This document shows positions 19,586 through 29,812 of a DNA stretch of 64,000 nt, piece after piece. The DNA is from Candidatus Bathyarchaeota archaeon (lineage in GTDB: Archaea > Thermoproteota > Bathyarchaeia > Bathyarchaeales > Bathycorpusculaceae). Each line of letters opens with the position of its first letter. Positions within the stretch are counted from its first letter, which is position 1. The translations under genes were made by a program, and so were the position numbers. The stretch is taken from assembly GCA_963782525.1 (NCBI GenBank), contig CAWAKC010000007.1, positions 288,001 to 352,000 on the forward strand, written 5' to 3'. Below the pieces are notes generated by a model. The model was not told the origin of the DNA. It saw only the letters and a list, made by a program, of their open reading frames with translations, and searched no databases.

Positions 19586-20611
19586 GTGCAGATGGAAACG
19601 GCTTTATCTTCCGAAGATTTTGCCAAATACCCATTTTTAAAACAAGCATCAAAACAGATTGAAGGGCTCCAGTTTACCATCGGAGCTTTATCTTCCGAGA
19701 AACCCATTTTTGACCGAGCCCAAAAACGCGTCGAAAAAGCAATCTTAGAAGTAAATACAGGAGAAGCAATCAGAGATGGACGGGCTGAAATTTCATCTTT
19801 TGCTGCTGCGCTTATTCTGGTTATTGCAACCAAAAATTCATGGATTAAAAAACGGTACACGTTGGCAGTTGCAAAAACTGCGCACGCACAAATGCTCAGC
19901 GAGGGTAAAGGAAAAATTTTTGCCATTGCCCAAGACTTTGAGTGGGATATTGCAGAAGGAGAGTTTGGCAAAGATTTTCGTTTAGGGTTTAATTTCTACC
20001 TCAAGAATGCCGCCCACATGCATGGTTCCGAGTGGAAGCTGGTTAACCAAATCATGGATAAGGGCATGGTTTACTTAAACAAAGACAAAGTCGTGCGACT
20101 GCTCCAAGAAGAAATAAAACGCCGAGTCGAGAAAAGGATGGACGTTTCTGAAATCAAGAACCTGCCCTCAGAAATTATCGCCATCGCCGAGGAACTGATG
20201 AAGTTGGCTCAAGCTATTATGGGGCAGGAAATTGAGGAGATGCCCAAAGTTGTAGTCCAAGCCGCTTTTCCACCATGCATTAACGCGCTCTATGCGGATG
20301 CAGCACAAGCACATCACCTTAGCCACATCGGACGCTTTACGCTGACATCTTTTATGGTTAACATCGGCATGACACCTGAAGGACTCAATGACATGTTCAA
20401 AACCTTCTCTGATTACAACGAACGTTTAACTCGCTACCAGATCGAGCACATTGCGGGTGAACGCGGGTCAGGAACAAAGTACACTTGTCCCCAATGCTCG
20501 GTTTTGCAAACTCATAGCGTATGCAAGAACCGTGATGAGTTATGCCGCCGTATCTATCATCCGCTTCAATATTACAAGAGAAAGCAGAAAACCATGACTC
20601 AGGGGCAATGA
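19586..20611 (+). CDS. priL: DNA primase large subunit
   Basis: AKYPFL, FPPCI, YQIEHIAG, C-terminal Fe-S cluster Cys, HPLQYY. Confidence 0.94.
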   Translation: MQMETALSSEDFAKYPFLKQASKQIEGLQFTIGALSSEKPIFDRAQKRVEKAILEVNTGEAIRDGRAEISSFAAALILVIATKNSWIKKRYTLAVAKTAHAQMLSEGKGKIFAIAQDFEWDIAEGEFGKDFRLGFNFYLKNAAHMHGSEWKLVNQIMDKGMVYLNKDKVVRLLQEEIKRRVEKRMDVSEIKNLPSEIIAIAEELMKLAQAIMGQEIEEMPKVVVQAAFPPCINALYADAAQAHHLSHIGRFTLTSFMVNIGMTPEGLNDMFKTFSDYNERLTRYQIEHIAGERGSGTKYTCPQCSVLQTHSVCKNRDELCRRIYHPLQYYKRKQKTMTQGQ

Positions 20612-20662
20612 TTTGTTGATCTTTATTAGTTTATTTAGCTCTATTATGGGTGACAAAGTTTT

Positions 20663-21406
20663 ATGGGTTATGACTTAATCAGCAATTCAGTGGGAAATTC
20701 TGACGTCGGCGTGATTCTTCCAACCTATGGAGAAGCCGACAACATAGCGAAACTAATCGAAGACATTGAAAACCTGAAGTTGGATGCGTCCATATTGGTT
20801 ATTGACGATTCAAGCCCAGATGGAACCGCAGAAATCGTCAGGGAAAAACAGCGCAAATACCCCAACATCACGCTCTATGTGAGACCAAAAAAATCAGGTT
20901 TGGGCACAGCCATAACAGACGGATTCAAAATATTCTTATCCGCTCCAAATCCTCCCAAATATGTCTTCGCAATGGACGCTGATTATTCTCATAATCCACA
21001 GGACATGCCCCAGCTCTTAGCAACCATGCGGGAATGCGACTGCGGAATCGTCATAGGCAGCCGATACGTCAAAGGAGGCAAAATCAGCGGATGGCCCTTC
21101 ACAAGAAAAGTCATTAGCAAAACAGCCAACTTTATCGCCCGGAATTCTTTGGGTTTAAAGCTGCATGATTGCACCAGCGGATTCCGCTGTTACTCTACAA
21201 TATTCCTAAGAGAAGCCGTCGACAGCCTACATAGCCACACCTACGAAATCCAGATAGAAACAGTTAGACAGGCGACTTTGAAGAAATTCACGGTTAAAGA
21301 ATCGCCTATTGTTTTTGTGAATCGAAAGCGTGGGAAATCAAAGCTTTCGTTGACTGAAGTTAAAAGTTACTTGTCGTATACTTTCAAGGCAGTTTGGCGC
21401 TCGTAA
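20663..21406 (+). CDS. Polyprenol-phosphate mannosyltransferase-like GT2
   Basis: IDDSSPDGT, MDADYSH, IGSRY, DCTSGFR. Confidence 0.9.
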   Translation: MGYDLISNSVGNSDVGVILPTYGEADNIAKLIEDIENLKLDASILVIDDSSPDGTAEIVREKQRKYPNITLYVRPKKSGLGTAITDGFKIFLSAPNPPKYVFAMDADYSHNPQDMPQLLATMRECDCGIVIGSRYVKGGKISGWPFTRKVISKTANFIARNSLGLKLHDCTSGFRCYSTIFLREAVDSLHSHTYEIQIETVRQATLKKFTVKESPIVFVNRKRGKSKLSLTEVKSYLSYTFKAVWRS

Positions 21407-21451
21407 TAACGCTTTAACCTAACAGTAAATAAAGACGCCTCCCATCAGACA

Positions 21452-22999
21452 TTGAGGCGAATAATCTTGGCAATTAACGTAGAATCTGCATACAAGGAGC
21501 TTTTATCAAAAACCAAAGATTTGGTAGTGCTTTCGACGGCTGAAGGAATCGTCCACTGGGACATGGAAATCTACATGCCTCCCAAAGCGGTGGAGCAACG
21601 CAGCCAACAACTGGCGCTACTCAACCGCATCCGCCACAAAATGGCAACCGACCCGGAGATCGGTAAACTCTTAAAAATTATCCGAACAAACGCAGAGTAC
21701 CAAGCGCTTGAAGAAGTAGAAAAACGAAACCTGTACCTCATGAACAAAAGCTACCAAGAACAAACGGCTCTGCCCGAAAAACTCGTTTCAGACCTTGCCA
21801 TGCAAGAGACTTTGACCGTTAATGTTTGGAAGAAAGCAAAAGCCAAAAAGGACTACAACCTCTTCAAGCCTGAATTGCAAAAACTGCTTGACCTAAACAA
21901 GCAAGCGGCAGAAATTCTCATGAAAGTTAAAGAAACCAAAACGCCCTACGAAGCGTTGCTTGACAATTTTGAGCCCAAAATGCCTGCACAGACCATAACC
22001 GCAACCTTCAACCAGTTGCTGGCAGGTTTAAAACCGTTAATTGCAAAGATAGAAGATTGCAGGGCCAAAACGAACACGCAAATCCTCAATCAACCCGTTC
22101 CAGTCGAGGACCAACGCGAAATCACGCAACTCATAACCCAATCGCTCGGCTACGACACTGCTTCATCGGCGGCTGGTGGAAGAGTGGACGAGACAGAACA
22201 CCCCTTCACCACAGGATACTACGATGATGTACGCATAACCACGCACTATTACCTCAACAATTTTGCAAGCTCAATCTTCTCGGTACTCCATGAAAGCGGC
22301 CACGCCCTCTACGAGCAAAACCTCAACCCAAAATGGCAATATCAACCCGTCGGCTCAACCTGCTCGTACGGCGTTCATGAATCGCAATCGCGTTTCTATG
22401 AAAATATCATTGGGCGTTCCAAGGAGTTCTGGACGTGGTTTCTGCCAAAAATCAAGCAAGCCGCACCAAGCCTTAGCAATCTCCAGTTAGACCCATTTAT
22501 CCATGCTGTAAACAAAGTTGAACGCTCAAAAATCAGGATTGAAGCCGACGAAGTAACCTATAGCCTCCACATCATAATTCGTTTTGAAATTGAAAGAGAC
22601 CTATTCGCAAACAAAATTACTGTCGACGAACTACCAGAGGCATGGAATCAGAAATACGCTGACTACCTGGGCGTGAAAATCAAGAACGACTCCGAGGGTG
22701 TAATGCAGGATACTCATTGGGCAAGCGGATTGTACGGTTACTTCCCAAGCTACGCATTGGGAAACATTTACAGTGGGCAAATAACCTCGGCAATTAACAA
22801 GGACTTGCCAAACTGGCGCGGAGAATTGGCTGAGGGAAAACTCGAAAACGTTAACACTTGGCTAAAAACGAACATCCACAGCAAAAGCGATTTCTATGAC
22901 CCCGAAGAACTAATTAAGCTATCAACTGGAACATGCCTGAATTCACAACCATACCTGCAGTACTTAAACAAAAAATACGGCGAACTCTACGGATTTTAA
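21452..22999 (+). CDS. Carboxypeptidase, family M32
   Basis: HPF, DVRITT, HESGH, HESQ, IRIEADE, GYFPSY. Confidence 0.96.
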   Translation: MRRIILAINVESAYKELLSKTKDLVVLSTAEGIVHWDMEIYMPPKAVEQRSQQLALLNRIRHKMATDPEIGKLLKIIRTNAEYQALEEVEKRNLYLMNKSYQEQTALPEKLVSDLAMQETLTVNVWKKAKAKKDYNLFKPELQKLLDLNKQAAEILMKVKETKTPYEALLDNFEPKMPAQTITATFNQLLAGLKPLIAKIEDCRAKTNTQILNQPVPVEDQREITQLITQSLGYDTASSAAGGRVDETEHPFTTGYYDDVRITTHYYLNNFASSIFSVLHESGHALYEQNLNPKWQYQPVGSTCSYGVHESQSRFYENIIGRSKEFWTWFLPKIKQAAPSLSNLQLDPFIHAVNKVERSKIRIEADEVTYSLHIIIRFEIERDLFANKITVDELPEAWNQKYADYLGVKIKNDSEGVMQDTHWASGLYGYFPSYALGNIYSGQITSAINKDLPNWRGELAEGKLENVNTWLKTNIHSKSDFYDPEELIKLSTGTCLNSQPYLQYLNKKYGELYGF

Positions 23000-23178
23000 A
23001 TCTTGGGTTTCTTGGTTAATTCCTTATAGATGTAGATGATGAGGTAGGCTCCAATTGAACCGATGAAAATGTAGATACCGCTGTATCCGACGACTGCGCT
23101 GTAAATGTTGGCACCGTACAAGAACAGTATGAAACCAACAATAAATAAGCCCAGTAATGTCCAGTCAGTCCAAGACAT
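22996..23178 (-). CDS. Small two-TM membrane protein
   Basis: Two hydrophobic helices from MSWTDW. Confidence 0.65.
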   Translation of the reverse strand: MSWTDWTLLGLFIVGFILFLYGANIYSAVVGYSGIYIFIGSIGAYLIIYIYKELTKKPKI

Positions 23179-23395
23179 CGAATTTCCTCGCCGAATTAAG
23201 CATTCAATGCAGGCTATGGGATATAAAGATTTACAGAAGAGGACATACACCAACCGAAACACTCATCGCCACTGATAAGTTATCGCCAAACGACAATTTA
23301 CCACTAAAACCTTCTTAGTCAACCATAATCTTTCCAGACCCATCCGACATTTTTATATATAACATAAGCCAAAGAAAGCGACCGAGGAAAAATAA

Positions 23396-24835
23396 ATGTC
23401 GGGAGCAGACATCAAAAAGCCAGAAACACGTGAAATATTAATAAAAATGCTTACAGAAGCCGCCAAAAAAGAAGTTGGCACAAAAGGTAAGCCGACAAAA
23501 CCGACAGTCGTCGGAACAGCAAAAGAAATGGACATCCACAGAGACACACTCTACTCATGGCTAAAAGAATTTAATGTCGATTTCAAAGAAATCGTTGACC
23601 GGATGCAGACAACAGCTGACATTGCAGAGGAGGATTCAAACCCAACTTACCTTATCGGAGAATCATTACTTGGAGAAGGAAACGAAGTTGCACACATCGA
23701 TCTCATGATAGGCGATAAAAACGGACCCATCGGACAAGCATTCGCAAACGGCATGACACAACTATCCGCCGGCCACACACCAGTGCTAGCCGTCATCAGA
23801 CCTAACCTGCCGCCAAAACCACACACTCTAATCGTGCCAAAAGTCACCATCAAAAACATGGAGGACACAGGTAAAATCTTCGGTCCAGCACAAGCAGCAG
23901 TTGCAAAAGCCATTGCTGACTCAGCCGAAGAAGGGGTTATTCCAGCCAGCAAGCTAGACAGTTGGGTTATCATCTGCAGTGTCTTCATTCATCCAAAAGC
24001 AACCGATTACCGCAAGATATACCAGTACAACTATGGAGCAACCAAAATGGCGCTACAACGAGCGTTAAAGAGCTATCCAACACTAGAAAAAATTATCTAC
24101 GAAAAAGATCGCTCAAAGCACCCAATTATGGGCTTCAAAGTTCCACGCCTATGGAGACCACCATACCTACAAATTGCACTTGATGCACCCTCACTTGAAG
24201 GCGCAAAGAAAGTTATACAAGCACTGCCAGGAAGCGACAGAATTATCCTTGAAGTCGGAACCCCATTCATTAAACGCTACGGCACAAGGGGAATCAATGA
24301 ACTACGTCAAATAGCCAAAGACAAATTCATTATAGCAGACCTAAAGACCCTTGACGTTGGCAAAGTTGAAGTGGACATCGCCTACGAAGACACCGCAGAC
24401 GCAGTAGTCGCAGCAGGCTTAGCTCCTCCAGAAACCCTCGACGCAACCGTTCACGAAGCCAGACGCCTTGGAATCTACGCAGTCATCGACATGCTAAACG
24501 TTGAAGATGTGTTGGGTAAACTGAAATCTCTCAAAGACCTTCCAGACATCGTCATATTACATAGAGGCATCGACCAAGAAAGCGGCAGAACCTGCGGATT
24601 GGAACGCATAAAACTTATACGCCAAGCATTCCCCAACAAGAAATACCTAATCGCAGTCGCAGGCGGCATAGTACCAGAAACAGCTAAAGAAGCATTAGAT
24701 CTAGGCGCAGACATACTCATCGTCGGCAGATACGTTACACAATCCAAAGACATCGAAAGGTCAGTTCGAGATTTCCTCGAGTTAACACCAAGCATGCGCG
24801 AAGACGTCGACTTATATAGAGTCCACACAGAATAA
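23396..24835 (+). CDS. fae-hps: Bifunctional formaldehyde-activating enzyme / 3-hexulose-6-phosphate synthase with N-terminal HTH-like extension
   Basis: Fae motifs GEGNEVAHIDL and FGPAQAAVA; Hps motifs LQIALD, EVGTP, ADLKTLD, LHRGID, VAGG. Confidence 0.93.
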   Translation: MSGADIKKPETREILIKMLTEAAKKEVGTKGKPTKPTVVGTAKEMDIHRDTLYSWLKEFNVDFKEIVDRMQTTADIAEEDSNPTYLIGESLLGEGNEVAHIDLMIGDKNGPIGQAFANGMTQLSAGHTPVLAVIRPNLPPKPHTLIVPKVTIKNMEDTGKIFGPAQAAVAKAIADSAEEGVIPASKLDSWVIICSVFIHPKATDYRKIYQYNYGATKMALQRALKSYPTLEKIIYEKDRSKHPIMGFKVPRLWRPPYLQIALDAPSLEGAKKVIQALPGSDRIILEVGTPFIKRYGTRGINELRQIAKDKFIIADLKTLDVGKVEVDIAYEDTADAVVAAGLAPPETLDATVHEARRLGIYAVIDMLNVEDVLGKLKSLKDLPDIVILHRGIDQESGRTCGLERIKLIRQAFPNKKYLIAVAGGIVPETAKEALDLGADILIVGRYVTQSKDIERSVRDFLELTPSMREDVDLYRVHTE

Positions 24836-24874
24836 ACCATAAAACCCCGAGCAAAGCTCGCCTAATTTTCTTTT

Positions 24875-26113
24875 TTATTTAATGTTTTTTGGAAATAGCT
24901 TTAGGGCTATGAAGGCAACCAAGAAGACTAAAGCGGCAATTGCGAACATTATGACAAAACTGAGGCTACTAGCAAGAAAAGGTCCAAGAAAAGCACCGAC
25001 TGCTGAGCCTAAGCCGACAAGTCCATCGAAAAATCCGGCTTTACCCTCAGGTATTACTTCCATAGAAAGAGAAAGCATCAGAATGTAATACATTGCGTAG
25101 GCGAAACCGATGAAAACGAGCAGGAGACCAGTCAAAATTTTAGGAGCCAGAGCAAATTCAACTATTCCAACCAACGAAAATATTAGAAGACTTCGCAGAA
25201 GCACGAAACGGGGCATTTGTTTTCTTATATTCATTGATCTTGCGCGTCCGCGTATTAAGAAGTACCCTGTTGTTGCACCGACTGAATTAAGAATGTATGC
25301 TAGATATACGTACTGTTGTTGTCCGCCAAAGAGGTCTTTAAGATATACGGGTAGTGGCGTAAAAAATAGACTGGTCGCAAGAGAAAACAAAACTATTCCC
25401 AAAACCAACCCTAGAAAGCTTTCCTCTTTGAGCGAACCATTCCAACGCAGTCCATCCATAAGTCTAGTTGACCCCTCCAAACCCCGAGAAGCGGTATCAA
25501 GCTTCCTTTCAATACCTACCAAGCGCCTTTCAAAAATCATCAATGGGTCAGCAATAAATGCCACAGCCAAAATGAAGGCTACTGCACTTAAACCGGAACA
25601 CAGGTAGAAAGAGTATGTGGATAGAGTTGAAAAGCTAAGCGCAGATGCAAACAGTAGCAATCCGGCTACTAAGCCGATAATGAAACCAATTTCAGTAACT
25701 CCCTCGTATAATCCAAAAGAGCTCTCCCAGTCCTTGCGGCTGTAATGCTCGGTTACAAGCACATTTTTCGGTGATTCGTGTGCTACATGGAGCATTTGCA
25801 TGACAACATACAGAATGACAAAAACGATTAAATTTTGTGCGAACGGAAGTGCCATAAGAAAAAGAAGTATAGCTATTGAAGCGAAGGAAAGAAGAATGAA
25901 CGCTTTGTAGTGGCGAGTTTTATCACAGAGGTATCCCCAGAGAAATGAGGCTGGAATGGAGCAGAATATAGCTACGGAAGTCATGATGCCAAGAGCAAGC
26001 AGCGGGCCACCCAAGAAAACTATCACGTACAATGGTATAAAAACTGTTAGCAATCCGAAGGCCATATCGTGAAAGAAGAATCCTAGCCGCCACATAGCCA
26101 CAAACCAGTTCAC
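24875..26113 (-). CDS. MFS transporter
   Basis: About 12 hydrophobic segments, WGYLCDK motif-A-like loop; start uncertain. Confidence 0.88.
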   Translation of the reverse strand: MNWFVAMWRLGFFFHDMAFGLLTVFIPLYVIVFLGGPLLALGIMTSVAIFCSIPASFLWGYLCDKTRHYKAFILLSFASIAILLFLMALPFAQNLIVFVILYVVMQMLHVAHESPKNVLVTEHYSRKDWESSFGLYEGVTEIGFIIGLVAGLLLFASALSFSTLSTYSFYLCSGLSAVAFILAVAFIADPLMIFERRLVGIERKLDTASRGLEGSTRLMDGLRWNGSLKEESFLGLVLGIVLFSLATSLFFTPLPVYLKDLFGGQQQYVYLAYILNSVGATTGYFLIRGRARSMNIRKQMPRFVLLRSLLIFSLVGIVEFALAPKILTGLLLVFIGFAYAMYYILMLSLSMEVIPEGKAGFFDGLVGLGSAVGAFLGPFLASSLSFVIMFAIAALVFLVAFIALKLFPKNIK

Positions 26114-26237
26114 TGTCGAATTAAAACTTTTACCTGAAAAATCAGAACATACGTAAAAGTAGTGTTGGAGAGAAAAAATTTTCATAAATCCTTAATAGAG
26201 AGAGCACCCAATTTCATACTCCGCTGGAGAGAATATC

Positions 26238-26627
26238 ATGGCGAAGTTTAAGGTAATAGTTTCCGATCCCCAAGCTGGAACATCCAAAGTAGTAGAGCTC
26301 GAAGAATCACGCGCAGCCCCATTCATCGGCAGAAAACTAGGAGAAACATTAGACGGTTCAGTAGTAGATTTACCTGCTCATACAATTCAAATTTTAGGTG
26401 GATCTGACAAAGACGGCGTCCCAATGAGGGGAAACGTCCATGGCGGAATCCGAAGAAGAGTAGTGCTTAGCGGCGGAGCAGGATTTAAGGCTAAGAAAAG
26501 CGGTGAGAGAAAACGCAAAACTGTTCGTGGAGACATAATTACCGATGAAATTGTTCAGATTAATCTAAAGATTGTTGAAAGACCAGCAAAGCCAGTTGAA
26601 GCCAAGCCAGAACAAGCTGCGAAATAA
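26238..26627 (+). CDS. rps6e: 30S ribosomal protein S6e
   Basis: GGSDKDGVPM, GERKRKTVRG. Confidence 0.97.
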   Translation: MAKFKVIVSDPQAGTSKVVELEESRAAPFIGRKLGETLDGSVVDLPAHTIQILGGSDKDGVPMRGNVHGGIRRRVVLSGGAGFKAKKSGERKRKTVRGDIITDEIVQINLKIVERPAKPVEAKPEQAAK

Positions 26628-26722
26628 TCGCAATTTTGTTTTTATGCATGCTTAAACCTTATAAACTGCATTAATTAATTCATCCTTATTCGTCAGTATT
26701 TATTGGAAAGAAGAAGAATCCT

Positions 26723-27970
26723 ATGAGTAACACTAGTAAAGCCTTGCCTAAGCAGCCAGAAGTCAACATTGGCACAATCGGACATGTAGACCACGGAAAA
26801 ACAACGTTGGTTCAATCGTTAACTGGAACTTGGGCATCACGCCACAGTGAAGAACTCAAACGGGGCATCACCATAAAACTCGGCTACGCCGACATGCCCA
26901 TCTACAAATGCCCCAAATGTGAACCGCCAAAAAACTTCACGATTAACCCTTATTGTGAAAACTGCAATTCTGAAGCAGAATTTGTGCGCGCCATTAGCTT
27001 TGTCGATGCACCCGGTCATGAAGCTTTGATGGCAACTATGCTCTCAGGCGCAGCCATCATGGACGGCGCAATCTTAGTCATTGCAGCGGATGAGCCGTGT
27101 CCTCAACCGCAGACACGCGAGCACCTTGCAGCCGCAGAAGTCAGCGGCATAAAAAACCTAATCATCGTTCAGAACAAAATCGACATCGTCGACGAGAAGA
27201 GGGCGATTGAAAGCTACAAAGAAATCAAAGCTTTCGTCAAGGGAACAGTAGCAGAAAATGCTCCCATCATACCAATCTCAGCGCAACGCGGCATAAACAT
27301 TGACGTACTCTTAACCGCCATTCAAACTATCATCCCTACACCCAAGAGGGATGAAACCAAGCCCCCAATGATGTTCATCATACGCTCCTTCGACATCAAC
27401 AAGCCCGGAACAACCCTCGAAGGCTTGGAAGGCGGCATCATCGGAGGAACCATCGCACAAGGCAAATTTGCTGTCGGCGAAGAAATCGAAATCCGACCAG
27501 GCGTCATGGCTGAGCGAGAAGGCAAAACAGTCTACGACCCCCTAATCAGCGAAATAATCAGCCTCCAAGCAGGCAACGAAAACGTTAAGGAAGCCACATG
27601 CGGCGGCTTAGTCGGGGTAGGAACATGCCTTGATCCTTCATATTCAAAAGCAGACGGGTTAACAGGCAGCATCGCAGGAAAAATTGGTCAACTACCACCA
27701 ACCCTAACTGAACTCACATTGGAAACGCATGTCTTGGAACGGGTGGTTGGAACTAAGGAGCTTCAGAAAGTCGAGAAAATCAACCCAGACGAAGCCCTAT
27801 TGCTCCACGTTGGCTCCGCCGTGAACGTTGGCAAAGTCATCTCCATCAAACAAAACGTGATTAAAGTAAAGTTGACAAGGCCGATTTGTGCGTTGCCAGG
27901 TTCAAGAGTTGCCATCAGTAGAAAAATTACTGCAAGGTGGAGATTAATCGGTTACGGACTCGTAAAATAG
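26723..27970 (+). CDS. eif2g: Translation initiation factor aIF2 gamma
   Basis: GHVDHGKT, RGITIKLGY, DAPGH, QNKID, WRLIGYG. Confidence 0.98.
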   Translation: MSNTSKALPKQPEVNIGTIGHVDHGKTTLVQSLTGTWASRHSEELKRGITIKLGYADMPIYKCPKCEPPKNFTINPYCENCNSEAEFVRAISFVDAPGHEALMATMLSGAAIMDGAILVIAADEPCPQPQTREHLAAAEVSGIKNLIIVQNKIDIVDEKRAIESYKEIKAFVKGTVAENAPIIPISAQRGINIDVLLTAIQTIIPTPKRDETKPPMMFIIRSFDINKPGTTLEGLEGGIIGGTIAQGKFAVGEEIEIRPGVMAEREGKTVYDPLISEIISLQAGNENVKEATCGGLVGVGTCLDPSYSKADGLTGSIAGKIGQLPPTLTELTLETHVLERVVGTKELQKVEKINPDEALLLHVGSAVNVGKVISIKQNVIKVKLTRPICALPGSRVAISRKITARWRLIGYGLVK

Positions 27971-27973
27971 AAC

Positions 27974-28414
27974 CTAATCTTTTACTAATTTTTGTTTAAC
28001 TAGAAAATCATGTGCTTTCTGTAGCACATCTTTGGCGTTTTTGAAGTTTAATTTTTCCATGGCACGTTTATAATCCAGCCAGATGTATCCGATGTGCTCG
28101 AAGGATATCTCGACTTTTTCTGTGTGGGACTCCATAACGAAGAATACAACTTCTTTATGGACCGTTAAGCCTTGTCTTCGGTAGAAGTAAGCGATGGTTT
28201 CTTTGAAGCCTTCGATGAATTGGGCATCGGTTATGCCTGTTTCTTCCTGTAATTCGCGCAGGACAGTTTCTTTTTCGTTCTCGCCGGGTTCAACGTTGCC
28301 CTTGACGAAATCCCAGTGGCCTGCTGCATAATTTAAGAGAAGATACTTTGTCTGTTCTTCTTTGTTTAGGTATATGACAGCGCCACATGATTTCTCCCGA
28401 ATCACTACATTCAC
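27974..28414 (-). CDS. Nudix hydrolase, Ap4A-hydrolase-like
   Basis: GHWDFVKG and Nudix box GNVEPGE...RELQEETG. Confidence 0.92.
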   Translation of the reverse strand: MNVVIREKSCGAVIYLNKEEQTKYLLLNYAAGHWDFVKGNVEPGENEKETVLRELQEETGITDAQFIEGFKETIAYFYRRQGLTVHKEVVFFVMESHTEKVEISFEHIGYIWLDYKRAMEKLNFKNAKDVLQKAHDFLVKQKLVKD

Positions 28415-28531
28415 CTGAATGAGTTCAAATCACTTATTCAATTATTTAAAGTAATAGCAACTTTACGCTGACAACGGCAAAACAAAATGTTTTAAGCCAG
28501 CAGAATTAAACGTTAAACAACCAGGAGCCAT

Positions 28532-28966
28532 TTGCAAGTGTCGGCTTCCCCGCCAAAAAAAAACCAATCCCTAAAAGTTATTTTAGATTCAAACGCCCTG
28601 TTCGTTCCGCTGGAGCTAAAGATTGACATTTTTGAAGAGGTAAAGCGACTTCTAAACAGGAATGTAGAATTTATACTGCTCTCAACGGTTAAACGGGAAC
28701 TTGAGTTGCTTTCAGCTAAAGATTCACCTAAGACTAGACGCGAAGCCTTTTTTGCGTTGAAGTTAGCCGAAAAATGCAAGTACGTACCAGTCGAAGATGA
28801 TGAAAAATTATCCACAGACGACGCCATCGTTAAGGTGGCTAAGAACTGGAACTCGCCAGTCTTTACGAACGATAGACAACTAAAGAATAAGCTAAGAGAT
28901 ATAAGTGTCCCAGTGATTTATGTGAGACAAAAATCGCGTCTAGACATTGACGGGATGATATCGTAG
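28532..28966 (+). CDS. PIN-domain protein (Fcf1/Utp24-like)
   Basis: VILDSN, DDAI, TND; conserved position before rpoE1. Confidence 0.9.
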   Translation: MQVSASPPKKNQSLKVILDSNALFVPLELKIDIFEEVKRLLNRNVEFILLSTVKRELELLSAKDSPKTRREAFFALKLAEKCKYVPVEDDEKLSTDDAIVKVAKNWNSPVFTNDRQLKNKLRDISVPVIYVRQKSRLDIDGMIS

Positions 28967-29554
28967 ATGTTTAAACTAATTACTCTTCAAGATACTATTC
29001 GCATTCCGCCCGAGACCTTCGGCAAGCCACTTGAAAAAGTCGGTCGCGAACAAGTTAAACAGAAGTACGAAGGAATCGTGGATGAAGAATTAGGCTATGT
29101 TATAGCAGTTACAGGTATAGAAGTTAGTCCCATCGGAAAAATCATACCTGGCGACGGCGCAACATTCCACAAAGTAACCTTCTCACTATTAGCATTCTAC
29201 CCAATTATTCAGGAAGTCGTCGAGGGAGACGTCGTTGAAATCGCTGATTTCGGCGCGTTCGTCCGCATCGGACCAGTCGACGCCCTGCTCCATGTTTCAC
29301 AACTCATGGACGACTACATCTCCTACGATGAAAAGCAAGGTGTTCTCTTAGGAAAAGAAAGCAAACGCAAACTAACCACAGGCGACCAAGTTCGCGTCAG
29401 AATAACCGCGGTCTCATTAGGCAGGATTGGCAGTTCAGGCAAAATCGGTGTCACGGCAAGACAACCGTTCCTAGGCAAACTCGATTGGCTAAAGATGGAT
29501 CAAAACATAGGAACCGAGAAGAAGCCCGCAGAAAACGCGGAGAAAGCAGCTTAG
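28967..29554 (+). CDS. rpoE1: RNA polymerase subunit Rpo7 (E')
   Basis: IRIPP, PGDGA, S1 domain FGAFVRIGPVDALLHVSQ. Confidence 0.97.
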   Translation: MFKLITLQDTIRIPPETFGKPLEKVGREQVKQKYEGIVDEELGYVIAVTGIEVSPIGKIIPGDGATFHKVTFSLLAFYPIIQEVVEGDVVEIADFGAFVRIGPVDALLHVSQLMDDYISYDEKQGVLLGKESKRKLTTGDQVRVRITAVSLGRIGSSGKIGVTARQPFLGKLDWLKMDQNIGTEKKPAENAEKAA

Positions 29555-29565
29555 AGGTATTTTGA

Positions 29566-29751
29566 ATGAGTGAAAAAGCATGTACAAGCTGCCACTACAT
29601 AACAAAAGATAACATTTGCTCAAGATGCAAATCAGGCAATTTTAGTGAAGATTTCAGCGGTTTAGTGGTAATGTTTGACCCGGAAAACTCTGCAATCGCC
29701 AAAGCTATGAACATCAAAGAAAAAGGCAGATACGCTCTAAAAGTCCGCTAA
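29566..29751 (+). CDS. spt4: Transcription elongation factor Spt4 (E'')
   Basis: KACTSC...CSRC...DPENSAIA...GRYALKVR. Confidence 0.95.
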   Translation: MSEKACTSCHYITKDNICSRCKSGNFSEDFSGLVVMFDPENSAIAKAMNIKEKGRYALKVR

Positions 29752-29812
29752 GAGTGGCGGTTTTGCGGTAGTTTCTTAACCTACCGAGCAATCATTTTTG
29801 CAGGTTCTAACG

